A model generated the notes under the pieces. The model was not told the DNA's origin. It did not search any database and saw only the letters and a program-made list of their open reading frames with translations. Shown here in pieces: positions 46,733 to 56,632 of a stretch of 64,000 nt of DNA (positions within the stretch are counted from its first letter, which is position 1; each line of letters starts with the position of its first letter). This stretch comes from Paludibacteraceae bacterium (GTDB taxonomy: Bacteria; Bacteroidota; Bacteroidia; Bacteroidales; Paludibacteraceae). Where the stretch lies: positions 64,401 through 128,400 of the forward strand of contig JAQVJY010000002.1 in the NCBI GenBank assembly GCA_028694915.1, written 5' to 3'. Both the position numbers and the translations under genes were made by a program.

Positions 46733-48610
46733 TTAACGTTTTTTCTGTTGCATCGCTTTTTGTTGTTGACGTTGTGCTTCTTCTAAACGTGCCATAAAAC
46801 CAGATTTTTTTGCAGGTTTTTGTTTTTTAGCTTCTAATTTTTTCAATAATTTTTCTTCATCTACAAACAAACGGAATAAGTAAGTTTGACCAATCGTAAT
46901 CAATAATGAGATGAAGTAATAGTAGCTCAAACCTGATGCATAATCATTGAACATAAACATGAACATGAATGGCATTAAGTACATCATCCATTTCATAGCA
47001 GCCATTTGCTGACCACCCATTTGGTTAGCCATATTCAACTTGGTATAAACCACATTGGTAATAGTCATCAATAAGCAGAACAAACTAATGTGATTACCAA
47101 AATAAGGCGTTATAAGTGGAATATAAACATCCCAGCTAAAAATAGCATCATAACTTGATAAATCTTGTGCCCAAAGAAAACTTTCTTGACGTAATTCAAT
47201 AGCAGCAGGGAAAAAGGAGAACATGGCGAACAATATTGGCATTTGCAACAACATTGGCAAACAACCACTCATAGGGCTAACGCCAACGCGTTTATACAAT
47301 GCCATAGTTGCTTGTTGACGCTCCATTGCTTTATCGGCTGGTATTTTTGCGTTAATCTCGTCAATTTGTGGTTTTAAAACGCGCATTTTAGCGGTCGACA
47401 TGTACGATTTATAGGTAAATGGCAACAAAATAAGTTTGATAACAATGGTCATCAACAAAATAATAATACCATAATTAGATATAAAAGTACCAAAGAAATT
47501 GAACATTGGAATTATTAAAAAGCGGCTCACCCAACGAAACAAACTCCAGCCTAATGGAATAATTTCTTGCAATCCCAATTTTTGATCACGCTCAACACCT
47601 TTATCGTATTGACTCAATATTTTATACTGGTTTGGTCCGATAAAAATACGAAATTTGGTAGCTTCGCTTCCTTTAGGATCGAATGTAACAGCTGTTTCAG
47701 CTGTATAATTTTTGAGATATTTCGATTTTTCGTTTTCGACTACACTTTCAAGAGTTGTAGATGTAAATGAGTTTTCGGCGATAAATATGGTGCTAAAAAA
47801 TTGGTCTTTGAACGCAATCCAACGCACTTTACCAGCTGGTTTTTCTGCGTCATTTTTTGACTCACTCAACTGTTCCATATCATCGGCTGTATAACGAAAG
47901 TTAAGTGTAGCATAACGACTTTCGAATTTGCGACCTTTTTCTTGTTGACGAATACGCTGATTCCAACGCATTTCGAGCGCAGTCATAGTTGGATCCAAGT
48001 AATTAGTCATATTATGTGCCTGCACATCAAGCTGTACCATATAATCGTCGGCAGGCAGTGTGTAGGTAAAGTCGATATAGCTAGCTGAATCGACTGCTAA
48101 ACGCATGACTAACGCTTGTCCATCAGCATTAGCTGTTTGCTTTTGAGGTACAAAATATAATTCGTTAGTGCTTAAAACGCGATTATTACGGGTAAGTAAT
48201 GTAAATGCTAAATCACTTTCTTTGCCTTCAAATAAAACCAATGGCAACGAATCATGCGTTTGATATTTTTTGAGTTGAACTGAGTAAATGTATCCACCCT
48301 TTGTATTGACCTGTAACTTGAGTAAGTCGTTTTCAAGAGTTACGAGTTCCTCTTTGCCTTCGGCTGCCGAAGCAAAATCGCCATAAATAGCAGCTTTGGA
48401 AGTTGCCGCCGTGTCAGCAACTACTGGTTGTTGTGGTGTTTGAGGTTCGATGACCTGTTCAGCTAACTTATTAGCTTCTTCTACCATGGCTATAGAGTCA
48501 CGATAATGTTGTTTGGCAGCCTTTTGCTCTGCTGTTGGCTGGGTCATCCAATTGAATCCAAGAATAATTCCTAAAATGAGAACGATACCAATAATTGAAT
48601 TTTTGTCCAT
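46733..48610 (-). CDS. yidC: membrane protein insertase YidC
   Basis: N-terminal TM, a large periplasmic domain, a conserved 5-TM core (GCLPMLLQMPILFAMF) and a basic C-terminal tail. Confidence 0.93.
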   Translation of the reverse strand: MDKNSIIGIVLILGIILGFNWMTQPTAEQKAAKQHYRDSIAMVEEANKLAEQVIEPQTPQQPVVADTAATSKAAIYGDFASAAEGKEELVTLENDLLKLQVNTKGGYIYSVQLKKYQTHDSLPLVLFEGKESDLAFTLLTRNNRVLSTNELYFVPQKQTANADGQALVMRLAVDSASYIDFTYTLPADDYMVQLDVQAHNMTNYLDPTMTALEMRWNQRIRQQEKGRKFESRYATLNFRYTADDMEQLSESKNDAEKPAGKVRWIAFKDQFFSTIFIAENSFTSTTLESVVENEKSKYLKNYTAETAVTFDPKGSEATKFRIFIGPNQYKILSQYDKGVERDQKLGLQEIIPLGWSLFRWVSRFLIIPMFNFFGTFISNYGIIILLMTIVIKLILLPFTYKSYMSTAKMRVLKPQIDEINAKIPADKAMERQQATMALYKRVGVSPMSGCLPMLLQMPILFAMFSFFPAAIELRQESFLWAQDLSSYDAIFSWDVYIPLITPYFGNHISLFCLLMTITNVVYTKLNMANQMGGQQMAAMKWMMYLMPFMFMFMFNDYASGLSYYYFISLLITIGQTYLFRLFVDEEKLLKKLEAKKQKPAKKSGFMARLEEAQRQQQKAMQQKKR

Positions 48611-48829
48611 AAAAATGAGGTTAATTTATAAGTCCTTATTTGAATCCGTTTTAGAAAGAACTGATAAGGTACTTAAATTGCTTAAAACAAATACGTAAAC
48701 GAGGGGACAAAGGTAAAAAAAATGTTTGAATTCAGGCGTATTTTTCATGACAATTGCTAAAATTTGCACACTTTAGCTTTATTGAGAAATTTTTAACTGG
48801 TTTATAGAGAGCCAATAGAAAAAAAGATG

Positions 48830-48837
48830 TAATTTTG
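48830..48837 (+). promoter_or_regulatory. candidate -7 promoter box (TAATTTTG) for the TetR-family gene
   Basis: Matches TAnnTTTG and lies 27 nt upstream of ATG 48864. It overlaps the second copy of the TTTGCACACT repeat. Confidence 0.35.
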
Positions 48838-48863
48838 CACACTATTGTAAATTTATACTCAAA

Positions 48864-49463
48864 ATGAAGACTCCAAAAGTTTCAAAAACCCGTGTATTAA
48901 TGGTTGACGTGGCTCGTCGACTTTTTGCACAGTATGGTAAAGAGAATGTCACCATGAACGATATTGCTGTGGCCTCAGGCAAAGGTCGTCGCACACTTTA
49001 CACCTATTTTGGCAGCAAAGACGAGGTATATCTAGCCGTTATCGAAAATGAGTTGGATTTAATGGTAGAACGCCTACAAGGTGTATTACGAATGCCACTT
49101 TCGCCTGAAAAAAAGTTGGAAGAGTATGTATTTGTACATTTCGAAGCAGTCAAAGAGGCTATTACGCGTAACGGATCGTTGCGCGCTGACTTTTTTCGTA
49201 ATATTTACGAGGTGGAAAAAGCGCGTCGCCCTATTGACATCAAGGAAATTCGTATGATTCGCGAAATTATGGAAGAAGGTGCTGTGAAAGGCGTATTTCG
49301 TCTACAAAGTACACAATGGGCTGCCATGATGTTTTTATATGCTTTGAAAGGCATGGAAACTCCTTATATCAATAATAACATCAGCAACTATATTAAAGAC
49401 CATCGTGCTCAAATCATGAACGTTATTTTAAATGGTTTCTCCTCAAACAAATATGAATATTAA
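48864..49463 (+). CDS. TetR/AcrR-family transcriptional regulator
   Basis: N-terminal HTH (VTMNDIAVASGKGRRTLYTYF) followed by a helical ligand-binding domain. Confidence 0.85.
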   Translation: MKTPKVSKTRVLMVDVARRLFAQYGKENVTMNDIAVASGKGRRTLYTYFGSKDEVYLAVIENELDLMVERLQGVLRMPLSPEKKLEEYVFVHFEAVKEAITRNGSLRADFFRNIYEVEKARRPIDIKEIRMIREIMEEGAVKGVFRLQSTQWAAMMFLYALKGMETPYINNNISNYIKDHRAQIMNVILNGFSSNKYEY

Positions 49464-50430
49464 AACAATGACTAAAAGCGATTTAAGACGTGAAATAGTT
49501 CTATTTATAGCCTATCCATTTTTAGAACTTGCTATACTCATTTTACGATTTCTACCTAAAACATGGCGCAACCATTTGGGCACATTTATCGGTGGTTTGT
49601 CGTACAAATGGAATGAAAAAACGCGCACGCGCACATTAGCGAGTCTAACCACCGCTTATGGTGACACTAAATCACCCGCTGAAATAGAAGTCATGGCTCG
49701 CGAGGTTTTAGTAAATATCAATAAATCGGTACTTGATTATTTTGCCACAGCGCATATAACCAAACGTGAGCGATTTTTTAAATTCGTTGAGGTTGTAGGT
49801 GAAGAACATTTAAAACAAGCATACGAGCAAAAACGTGGTGTTATTTGCCTTATTCCGCACTTAAGTTCTTGGGAATTATCGGCAGTAACTCCTCCTATGT
49901 TAGGTTATAAAACATGTGGAGCCAGCAAAAGCGTCAAAGGATTTTTACTACAACACATGATGGTTCGCTTTCGTGAACGACGCGGCATGCGTAACATTTC
50001 ACGCGAAGGCTCCTATCAAAAGTTAGTCACAGCACTTAAAAATGGAGAATGTTTAATTATCATGATTGATCAGGATACTAAAGTTAAAGGTCTCTTTGTC
50101 GATTTTTATGGTAAAAAAGCCTATACGCCAATGGGTGTTGCGCGCTTGGCATTAGAAACTGATGCTGTAGTAGTTCCAATGGCAACTACACGCATAGCCA
50201 ATAGTCGTTATCGATTTACCATTTATCCAGCATTGGAAACCATCAAAACAGGTGATTCCGAAAAAGATTTATACGCTAATACGCAGTTGGAAACCGATGT
50301 AATGGAGCAAATTATTCGTGAAACACCAACTCAATGGGTATGGATGCATCGCCGTTGGAAAACAACACCAGAAAACTTAAAACTCTATTTGGAACGACGC
50401 GCACTCGAAAAACAAAAACAGGCTAAATAA
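49453..50430 (+). CDS. lysophospholipid/lipid A biosynthesis acyltransferase (LpxL/HtrB family)
   Basis: N-terminal TM and the family H-x4-E active-site motif in PHLSSWE. The start is either ATG 49453 (11-nt overlap with the TetR stop) or ATG 49468. Confidence 0.78.
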   Translation: MNIKTMTKSDLRREIVLFIAYPFLELAILILRFLPKTWRNHLGTFIGGLSYKWNEKTRTRTLASLTTAYGDTKSPAEIEVMAREVLVNINKSVLDYFATAHITKRERFFKFVEVVGEEHLKQAYEQKRGVICLIPHLSSWELSAVTPPMLGYKTCGASKSVKGFLLQHMMVRFRERRGMRNISREGSYQKLVTALKNGECLIIMIDQDTKVKGLFVDFYGKKAYTPMGVARLALETDAVVVPMATTRIANSRYRFTIYPALETIKTGDSEKDLYANTQLETDVMEQIIRETPTQWVWMHRRWKTTPENLKLYLERRALEKQKQAK

Positions 50431-50433
50431 ATA

Positions 50434-50931
50434 ATGACACGTATTGGCGTTTTATCGGACACACACGCTTACCTTGATGAGCGTATTTTTGAACACTTCA
50501 AAGAGTGCGATGAAATTTGGCACGCCGGTGACATTGGTTCTTTGAAAGTAGTTCAAAAATTAGCAGCTTTTAAACCTTTACGAGCCGTTCATGGCAATGT
50601 TGATGGTGGTTCTTTACGTGGAAATTATCCTGAATTCTTGAGTTTCGAATGTGAACAAGTATCAGTTTTACTGACGCATATTGGCGGCTATCCTGGACGT
50701 TATTGGCCCGAAGCAAAAAGAAAAATTATAGAGCTGCGTCCCGATTTATTTGTATGTGGCCATTCGCACATTTTAAAAGTGCAATTCGACCAAACATTCA
50801 ATATGCTTTGTGTAAATCCTGGAGCTGCAGGTTTAGAAGGATTCCACCAAGTACGTACACTGCTCCGCTTTGAAATTGATGGTAAAAACATCCAAAATTT
50901 AGAAGTGATAGAAATGCCTAAACATCATTAA
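50434..50931 (+). CDS. metallophosphoesterase, YfcE/MJ0936 family
   Basis: Motifs LSDTH, HAGDIG, HGNVDG and CGHSH. Confidence 0.85.
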   Translation: MTRIGVLSDTHAYLDERIFEHFKECDEIWHAGDIGSLKVVQKLAAFKPLRAVHGNVDGGSLRGNYPEFLSFECEQVSVLLTHIGGYPGRYWPEAKRKIIELRPDLFVCGHSHILKVQFDQTFNMLCVNPGAAGLEGFHQVRTLLRFEIDGKNIQNLEVIEMPKHH

Positions 50932-50938
50932 TACAACA

Positions 50939-53347
50939 TTGAAAAGACTCTTGACATACAGCATTATGACCCTTTTGAGCCTTGGCATAGCCGTAGCGCA
51001 GGAGTTTATTGTGTTTGGTCAAGTGCTCGATGCGGCAAATCAAGAGCCTATTCAGGCTGCCAATGTTTGGTTCAAAGGAACACAAATAGGAAGTAGTACC
51101 AACGAAGAAGGTTACTTTGTACTACGTACATCGGAGCAACAAAAAACGGTTTGCGTATCGGTGTTAGGTTATAAACGTCGTGAACTAAACATTCCAAAAA
51201 ATAGTAACCAAATGGTGACTATTTTACTCCGAGAAGAACGAAATATTTTGGATGAAGTAATAGTTATGCCTGGCGAAAACGAAGCATTGCCAATTCTGCG
51301 TAACGTGTTGGCTGCACGCGACAAGAATAATCCAGATAATTTTCTCAATTTATCAACTGCCGAAGATCAAAAGACTAAACTTTTTTTCATTAATATTAAA
51401 CAACGCTCACTACAGCGCAAGCTATTCCGTGATATGCAACAAGGTTCTATTCGAGGAAATGATTCTTTGTTAATAATTCCTGTGTATCACGAACAAAAAT
51501 ACGACGAATTAAGAGTGGATAATAGTGGCAAAGTAGAACGCAAAACGATTACAAAAGACGAAAAATCATTGCAAATTATACCTGAAAATCAACTCGCCAT
51601 TTTTTTAGATACGTACACACCCCAGATTAATTTCTATAAAAATCATGTCACCATATTACAATCCAACTTTATTAGTCCACTAGCCAACCAAGGTCCGCTC
51701 TATTACCAATATTTTTTGATGGATAGCCTAATAACGGAAGGCTCCAAAACGTATCAAATACGTTTCCGACCAAAAAACGACAAAGAGTTGACGTTTAAAG
51801 GTGATATGTGGATTGATTCCGCCACCTATGCCCTGACTCACATACGTGCCGCCATGCCCGCCACGGCGAATATTAATTTTATGAATAGTTTAGTGGTAGA
51901 ACAAACGTTTGAAAAATCGGAACAAAATTTATTCTATTACAAACAACAACATTTTGCCATGGGCTTTCGGTTCGATTTGGCAAATAATTCAACAAAAGAA
52001 GGCATCGCTACAGTATTCGACAAAGATATAACCTACACCAATACACAAGTCAGTAGTAAAGAACTGCTGGCAGTAAAACGCATGGCAGCAATTGACTCAT
52101 CCAATATAGCGGAAACCAATTTCCGAAACGCCATTGACAGCATCAATAAAACCAAATTACAGAGAGTCGCTTTTGGTATTGTAGATTTGGTAATGAACGG
52201 TTACATTCATGCTGGAAAGTTAGATATAGGACCCGTAGTGAATTGGATTCGCTATAATAGCTTAGAAGGATTTCGACCAACCATAGCACTAAGAACTGGT
52301 CAAAAAATGATGGAAAATGTGACCATGGGAGGATATGTTGGTTATGGATTTGGTGATAAAAAATGGAAATACGGCGGTGAAATTCAAGCTCGATTCGGCT
52401 CTGACAATGAGCATACTATTAGTGGTTTTTACGACAATGATGTCATTCGTTACGGTTATGGCAATGTTTTGCTCATCAACGAAAACATGGTAGGAAGTAC
52501 CGAAAATTTGCTGACAACCTTGTCGCGTGTCACAAAATATGACAACTTGGCACAACAATATAAAGCCACGCTTACCTATCGTTACGAACAAGAAGGAGTT
52601 CGTTTTACAACCTCTTTTCAAGCAAAAGAACTACTGAGTAACAACGGCATGCCTTTTGTTCAAAATGGAATAAATGTAAACTCTATTAAATCGGTAGCAG
52701 GAACCATTGGTTTACGATTATCATTTGAAGAAAACACACTTAATAACTATTTTCATCGTTATTACTTACGTACCATTTATCCCATCATCAACATTCAAGG
52801 TGAATACGGCTACTATGAAGTGGGCAACAAACAAGAACCTTATGGCAAAGTCTTGCTCATGGTAAAACAAAGCGTTCCTATATTTTCTGGCAAATTAAAA
52901 TACCTCATCGAAAGCGGCTATGTATTTGGCGATGTTCCATTTCCATTATTAGAATCTCCTAGAGGTACACGCGGAATTTGGTTTCCAGAATACGATTTCT
53001 GTTTGATAAATCAAATGGAATTTATGACGGATGCTTATATTATGGGGAATTTCCGTTACATCACCAGCGGATGGATTTTCAACTACATCCCTTGGGTGAA
53101 AAAGGCAAATTTAAGAGAAGAGGTGCTATTTAAAATTGCGTATGGCGGATTACGTAATGGACACAATAACATATTAGAATTACCAGTCAACAGTGCGGGC
53201 ATAGATGTGCCTTATATGGAAGCTGGTATCGGAATATCCAATATTTTAAAGTTATTTTCGGTACAATCGGTATGGCGCTTAACCCACCGCGATGCTCCGA
53301 ACGCTATCAACTGGGGAATTCGATTTAGATTTAATTTAGATTTTTAA
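50939..53347 (+). CDS. CarboxypepD_reg-like plus DUF5686-type outer membrane protein
   Basis: TTG start, signal peptide (AVA|QEF), an N-terminal carboxypeptidase-regulatory-like beta-sandwich (FGQVLDAANQEPIQAANVWFKGT) and a large beta-rich C-terminal region. Confidence 0.72.
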   Translation: MKRLLTYSIMTLLSLGIAVAQEFIVFGQVLDAANQEPIQAANVWFKGTQIGSSTNEEGYFVLRTSEQQKTVCVSVLGYKRRELNIPKNSNQMVTILLREERNILDEVIVMPGENEALPILRNVLAARDKNNPDNFLNLSTAEDQKTKLFFINIKQRSLQRKLFRDMQQGSIRGNDSLLIIPVYHEQKYDELRVDNSGKVERKTITKDEKSLQIIPENQLAIFLDTYTPQINFYKNHVTILQSNFISPLANQGPLYYQYFLMDSLITEGSKTYQIRFRPKNDKELTFKGDMWIDSATYALTHIRAAMPATANINFMNSLVVEQTFEKSEQNLFYYKQQHFAMGFRFDLANNSTKEGIATVFDKDITYTNTQVSSKELLAVKRMAAIDSSNIAETNFRNAIDSINKTKLQRVAFGIVDLVMNGYIHAGKLDIGPVVNWIRYNSLEGFRPTIALRTGQKMMENVTMGGYVGYGFGDKKWKYGGEIQARFGSDNEHTISGFYDNDVIRYGYGNVLLINENMVGSTENLLTTLSRVTKYDNLAQQYKATLTYRYEQEGVRFTTSFQAKELLSNNGMPFVQNGINVNSIKSVAGTIGLRLSFEENTLNNYFHRYYLRTIYPIINIQGEYGYYEVGNKQEPYGKVLLMVKQSVPIFSGKLKYLIESGYVFGDVPFPLLESPRGTRGIWFPEYDFCLINQMEFMTDAYIMGNFRYITSGWIFNYIPWVKKANLREEVLFKIAYGGLRNGHNNILELPVNSAGIDVPYMEAGIGISNILKLFSVQSVWRLTHRDAPNAINWGIRFRFNLDF

Positions 53348-53351
53348 GCCT

Positions 53352-54215
53352 ATGGTACATATTGAAATAGATTCAAAATCAGGATTTTGCTTTGGCGTTA
53401 TCAACGCTATTAAAAAAGCAGAAGAAAGCCTCACACATGAAGACTCGTTGTGTAGTTTGGGTGATATTGTGCATAACGAACAAGAAATGGCTCGCTTGTC
53501 ACATAAAGGATTACACGCTATTAATCACGACGAACTAGCGACTATGCGTGGTTCTAAAATTTTATTTAGAGCACATGGTGAGCCACCTTCCACATACGAT
53601 TTAGCTCGCGAAAACGGTATCGAGATTATCGATGCTTCATGTCCGGTAGTGTTAGTTCTACAAAAGAAAATTAAGAAAGCTTATACAGAGCAACCCACCG
53701 CACAAATTGTGATTTATGGTAAAAAAGGCCATGCCGAAGTGAATGGTTTGGTGGGACAAACTGGCGGAAATTGTATTGTAATTGAACACAAAGAAGACTT
53801 AAATACGATTGATTTTACCAAAGACATCATTCTTTTCTCACAAACCACCAAATCTGTTGCTGGTTTTAACGATTTAGTGAAAACGATTGAACAAAAACTC
53901 GTACCTCCAGCACAATTCACCTACCACGACACTATTTGTCGTCAAGTAGCCAATCGTATCCCAAATATGCATAACTTTGCGGCTCGATTCGATATTGTGT
54001 TATTTGTGAGTGGAGTACAAAGTTCGAATGGGAAAGTATTATTTCGAGAATGCCAAACAGTAAATAAGCGTAGTTATTTCATTTCTACCTTAGATGATAT
54101 CACGAATGACATGTTGCAGGATGCTCAGTCCATAGGGATTTGTGGAGCCACATCAACCCCCAAATGGCTTATGGAGAGTATTGCCCAAGAATTAAATAAA
54201 CGATTAAATAAGTAA
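53352..54215 (+). CDS. ispH: 4-hydroxy-3-methylbut-2-enyl diphosphate reductase
   Basis: The protein is colinear with IspH/LytB and has conserved Cys ligands (GFCFGV, ASCPVV, DTICRQ). Confidence 0.93.
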   Translation: MVHIEIDSKSGFCFGVINAIKKAEESLTHEDSLCSLGDIVHNEQEMARLSHKGLHAINHDELATMRGSKILFRAHGEPPSTYDLARENGIEIIDASCPVVLVLQKKIKKAYTEQPTAQIVIYGKKGHAEVNGLVGQTGGNCIVIEHKEDLNTIDFTKDIILFSQTTKSVAGFNDLVKTIEQKLVPPAQFTYHDTICRQVANRIPNMHNFAARFDIVLFVSGVQSSNGKVLFRECQTVNKRSYFISTLDDITNDMLQDAQSIGICGATSTPKWLMESIAQELNKRLNK

Positions 54216-54234
54216 TTTAAAATACTTAAGACAT

Positions 54235-55215
54235 ATGTATAGAATAAATTGCATTGGAATTTTAACTTCGGGAGGCGATGCTCCTGGAATGAACGCAGCT
54301 ATCCGCTCTGTGACACGTACAGCCATCTTCAATGGTATTCAAGTGAAAGCCATCTACAGAGGCTACAAAGGATTAATTACAGGTGAAATTAAAGAGTTTC
54401 ATACTGAAGATGTGAGCAATATCATACAACGTGGTGGCACTATTCTAAAAACAGCCCGTTGTAAAGAATTTATGACACCCGAAGGACGTCAAGTAGCCTT
54501 TGAAACAATGCAACGCGAAGGCATTGATGCTTTGGTGGTAATCGGCGGTGACGGAACGTTTACTGGAGCACACATCTTTGGACAAGAATATAATGTCCCA
54601 ATCGTTGGTGTTCCAGGCACTATTGACAATGATTTATGGGGAACGGATTCTACCATTGGTTACGACACGGCCATGAATACAATAGTTGAAGCGGTGGACA
54701 AAATTAGAGATACTGCCAATTCGCACGAACGTCTCTTCTTTGTAGAAGTGATGGGACGCGATGCTGGTTTTTTAGCACTCAATAGCGCATTAGCATCAGG
54801 TGCAGAAGCTGCCATTATTCCAGAACGATTAACAAAAGAAGATCAACTGGAAGAATTAATTAAAAATGGCTTCCGAAAATCCAAAAATAGCAGCATTGTG
54901 ATTGTAGCAGAAAGCCCAAACACGGGAGGCGCACAAGGTTTAGCGGAGCGTATGCACACAGAACATCCCGAATATGATGTACGTGTAACCATTCTTGGAC
55001 ACTTACAACGAGGAGGTTCACCCAAAGCATACGATCGTATTTTGGCGAGTCGCATGGGCGTAGCAGCTATCGATGCGTTATTAGATGAACAACGAAGCAT
55101 TATGATTGGCATTGTGAACGATGAAATAGTACATGTACCATTCAGTAAAGCGATAAAAGACGACAAACAAGTCAATCCCGATAAACTAGGCGTTTTGCAA
55201 ATTTTGTCGATTTAA
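54235..55215 (+). CDS. pfkA: ATP-dependent 6-phosphofructokinase
   Basis: Motifs [24 protein letters not shown] and MGR. Confidence 0.93.
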   Translation: MYRINCIGILTSGGDAPGMNAAIRSVTRTAIFNGIQVKAIYRGYKGLITGEIKEFHTEDVSNIIQRGGTILKTARCKEFMTPEGRQVAFETMQREGIDALVVIGGDGTFTGAHIFGQEYNVPIVGVPGTIDNDLWGTDSTIGYDTAMNTIVEAVDKIRDTANSHERLFFVEVMGRDAGFLALNSALASGAEAAIIPERLTKEDQLEELIKNGFRKSKNSSIVIVAESPNTGGAQGLAERMHTEHPEYDVRVTILGHLQRGGSPKAYDRILASRMGVAAIDALLDEQRSIMIGIVNDEIVHVPFSKAIKDDKQVNPDKLGVLQILSI

Positions 55216-55281
55216 ACGAGGCTTGCTTCTATATTTTTAATAAAACTTACGGCAGAGTATCAAAAGACCATAAAATGTGAC

Positions 55282-55289
55282 TATTTTTG
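55282..55289 (+). promoter_or_regulatory. candidate -7 promoter box (TATTTTTG) for the lipoprotein-aroA-sufE unit
   Basis: Matches TAnnTTTG and lies 38 nt upstream of ATG 55327. Confidence 0.35.
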
Positions 55290-55326
55290 TGGACAATAAA
55301 ACTCGCATCATTAAACTATTACGTAT

Positions 55327-56631
55327 ATGAAATTACAAAGAATCCCTTTCGTGTTGATGATTATGGTTGGCGTTTTTATGTCTGCTTGTACCGACACAGA
55401 GGACACCACAACTACATCCAAAACGACTACTATTACTAGATTTTACCTCAAAAATGACAGCGTTACGGGGTTGAATAAAACCGTTTTTACTATTGATAAT
55501 GATAGTAATGTGATATACAATGTGGACTCACTACCCTATTTGTCGGATTTAGATTCGCTCACTCCATCTATTTATAGTGCTATAACACTTTCGGCGATTT
55601 ATCTAAATGACACAACGCTTTATACAGGTAAAGATACGTTGGATTTTACAAAACCAGTGAGAATTACAACTATTGCTACCGACAAAAAAACGACACGCAC
55701 TTACACGGTAAAAGTCAATGTGCATCAGGTAGATCCAGATTTATATGAATGGGAAGGCATAAAATCGGAAATTTACCAAGGAGCAACAGTGGAACAAAAA
55801 GCGCTTTTGTTCAGTAATACGATGCATCTATTCGTAAAGACAACAACCGAATTCAAACGCTATGAAAGTGTGGACGGAAAATCATGGGCTGCCTCAACCG
55901 TAACCGGACTTCCTTTGGCATCCAGTTTAAAAGGGATGATTACCACGAAGGACGAAATGCTGTTAGTATATAACCACGAACTATATCGTAGTACCAATGG
56001 AAGCGCATGGAGCAAACTGACCTCTCCTACTGTGCAATTAACCAGCTTACTTTTTAGTATGAACAACAAAGTGTATGCGTTGGGTACCACGGATGGTTCT
56101 AACAGAATTCTGTTTGAATCGTCCGATAAAACAAATTGGGTAAATCTTGGTCTTGCTCCAGAAAATTTTCCAGTATCTGGATTTAGCGTATGGGTAGATG
56201 CGGCTCCATCAGGTAAAATGCAAGCTTTTATTGTGGGTGGCAGAAGTGCACAAGGTACTTTACTTAGTAGCGTTTGGAGTACGGAAAATGGTTCCTATTG
56301 GGCAAATTTAACAGCCGAAAAAGAATGGTTTACGCCACGTGAAGAGGCCGCCGTAGTTCAATATGGCGGTGGTTTGATGATTATTGGAGGCAAAAATGAT
56401 AGCGGCACGTTAACCGATACACAATGGGTGTCTCCGGACTACGGATTAAGTTGGAAAGCAGCTGAAGAAAAAGCCCAACTTCCTGATTTGTATATTCCAC
56501 GTTTTGGGCAATCCGTGATTGTGGATAAAGACAATTATATTTACCTCATTGGAGGTCAAACATCGTCTACTTTCTTGAAAGATGTGTGGAAAGGTCGTAA
56601 AAATAGTGCTATACCAGGATTTTTAGATTAA
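55327..56631 (+). CDS. lipoprotein with an N-terminal Ig-like (DUF6242-type) region and a Kelch-like beta-propeller
   Basis: Lipobox FMSAC and a Thr-rich linker. Blade-like units recur, each with a W (SWAAS, SAWSKL, NWVNL, YWANL, LSWKA) and a GG motif (IVGGRS, IIGGKN, LIGGQT). Confidence 0.62.
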   Translation: MKLQRIPFVLMIMVGVFMSACTDTEDTTTTSKTTTITRFYLKNDSVTGLNKTVFTIDNDSNVIYNVDSLPYLSDLDSLTPSIYSAITLSAIYLNDTTLYTGKDTLDFTKPVRITTIATDKKTTRTYTVKVNVHQVDPDLYEWEGIKSEIYQGATVEQKALLFSNTMHLFVKTTTEFKRYESVDGKSWAASTVTGLPLASSLKGMITTKDEMLLVYNHELYRSTNGSAWSKLTSPTVQLTSLLFSMNNKVYALGTTDGSNRILFESSDKTNWVNLGLAPENFPVSGFSVWVDAAPSGKMQAFIVGGRSAQGTLLSSVWSTENGSYWANLTAEKEWFTPREEAAVVQYGGGLMIIGGKNDSGTLTDTQWVSPDYGLSWKAAEEKAQLPDLYIPRFGQSVIVDKDNYIYLIGGQTSSTFLKDVWKGRKNSAIPGFLD

Positions 56632-56632
56632 T

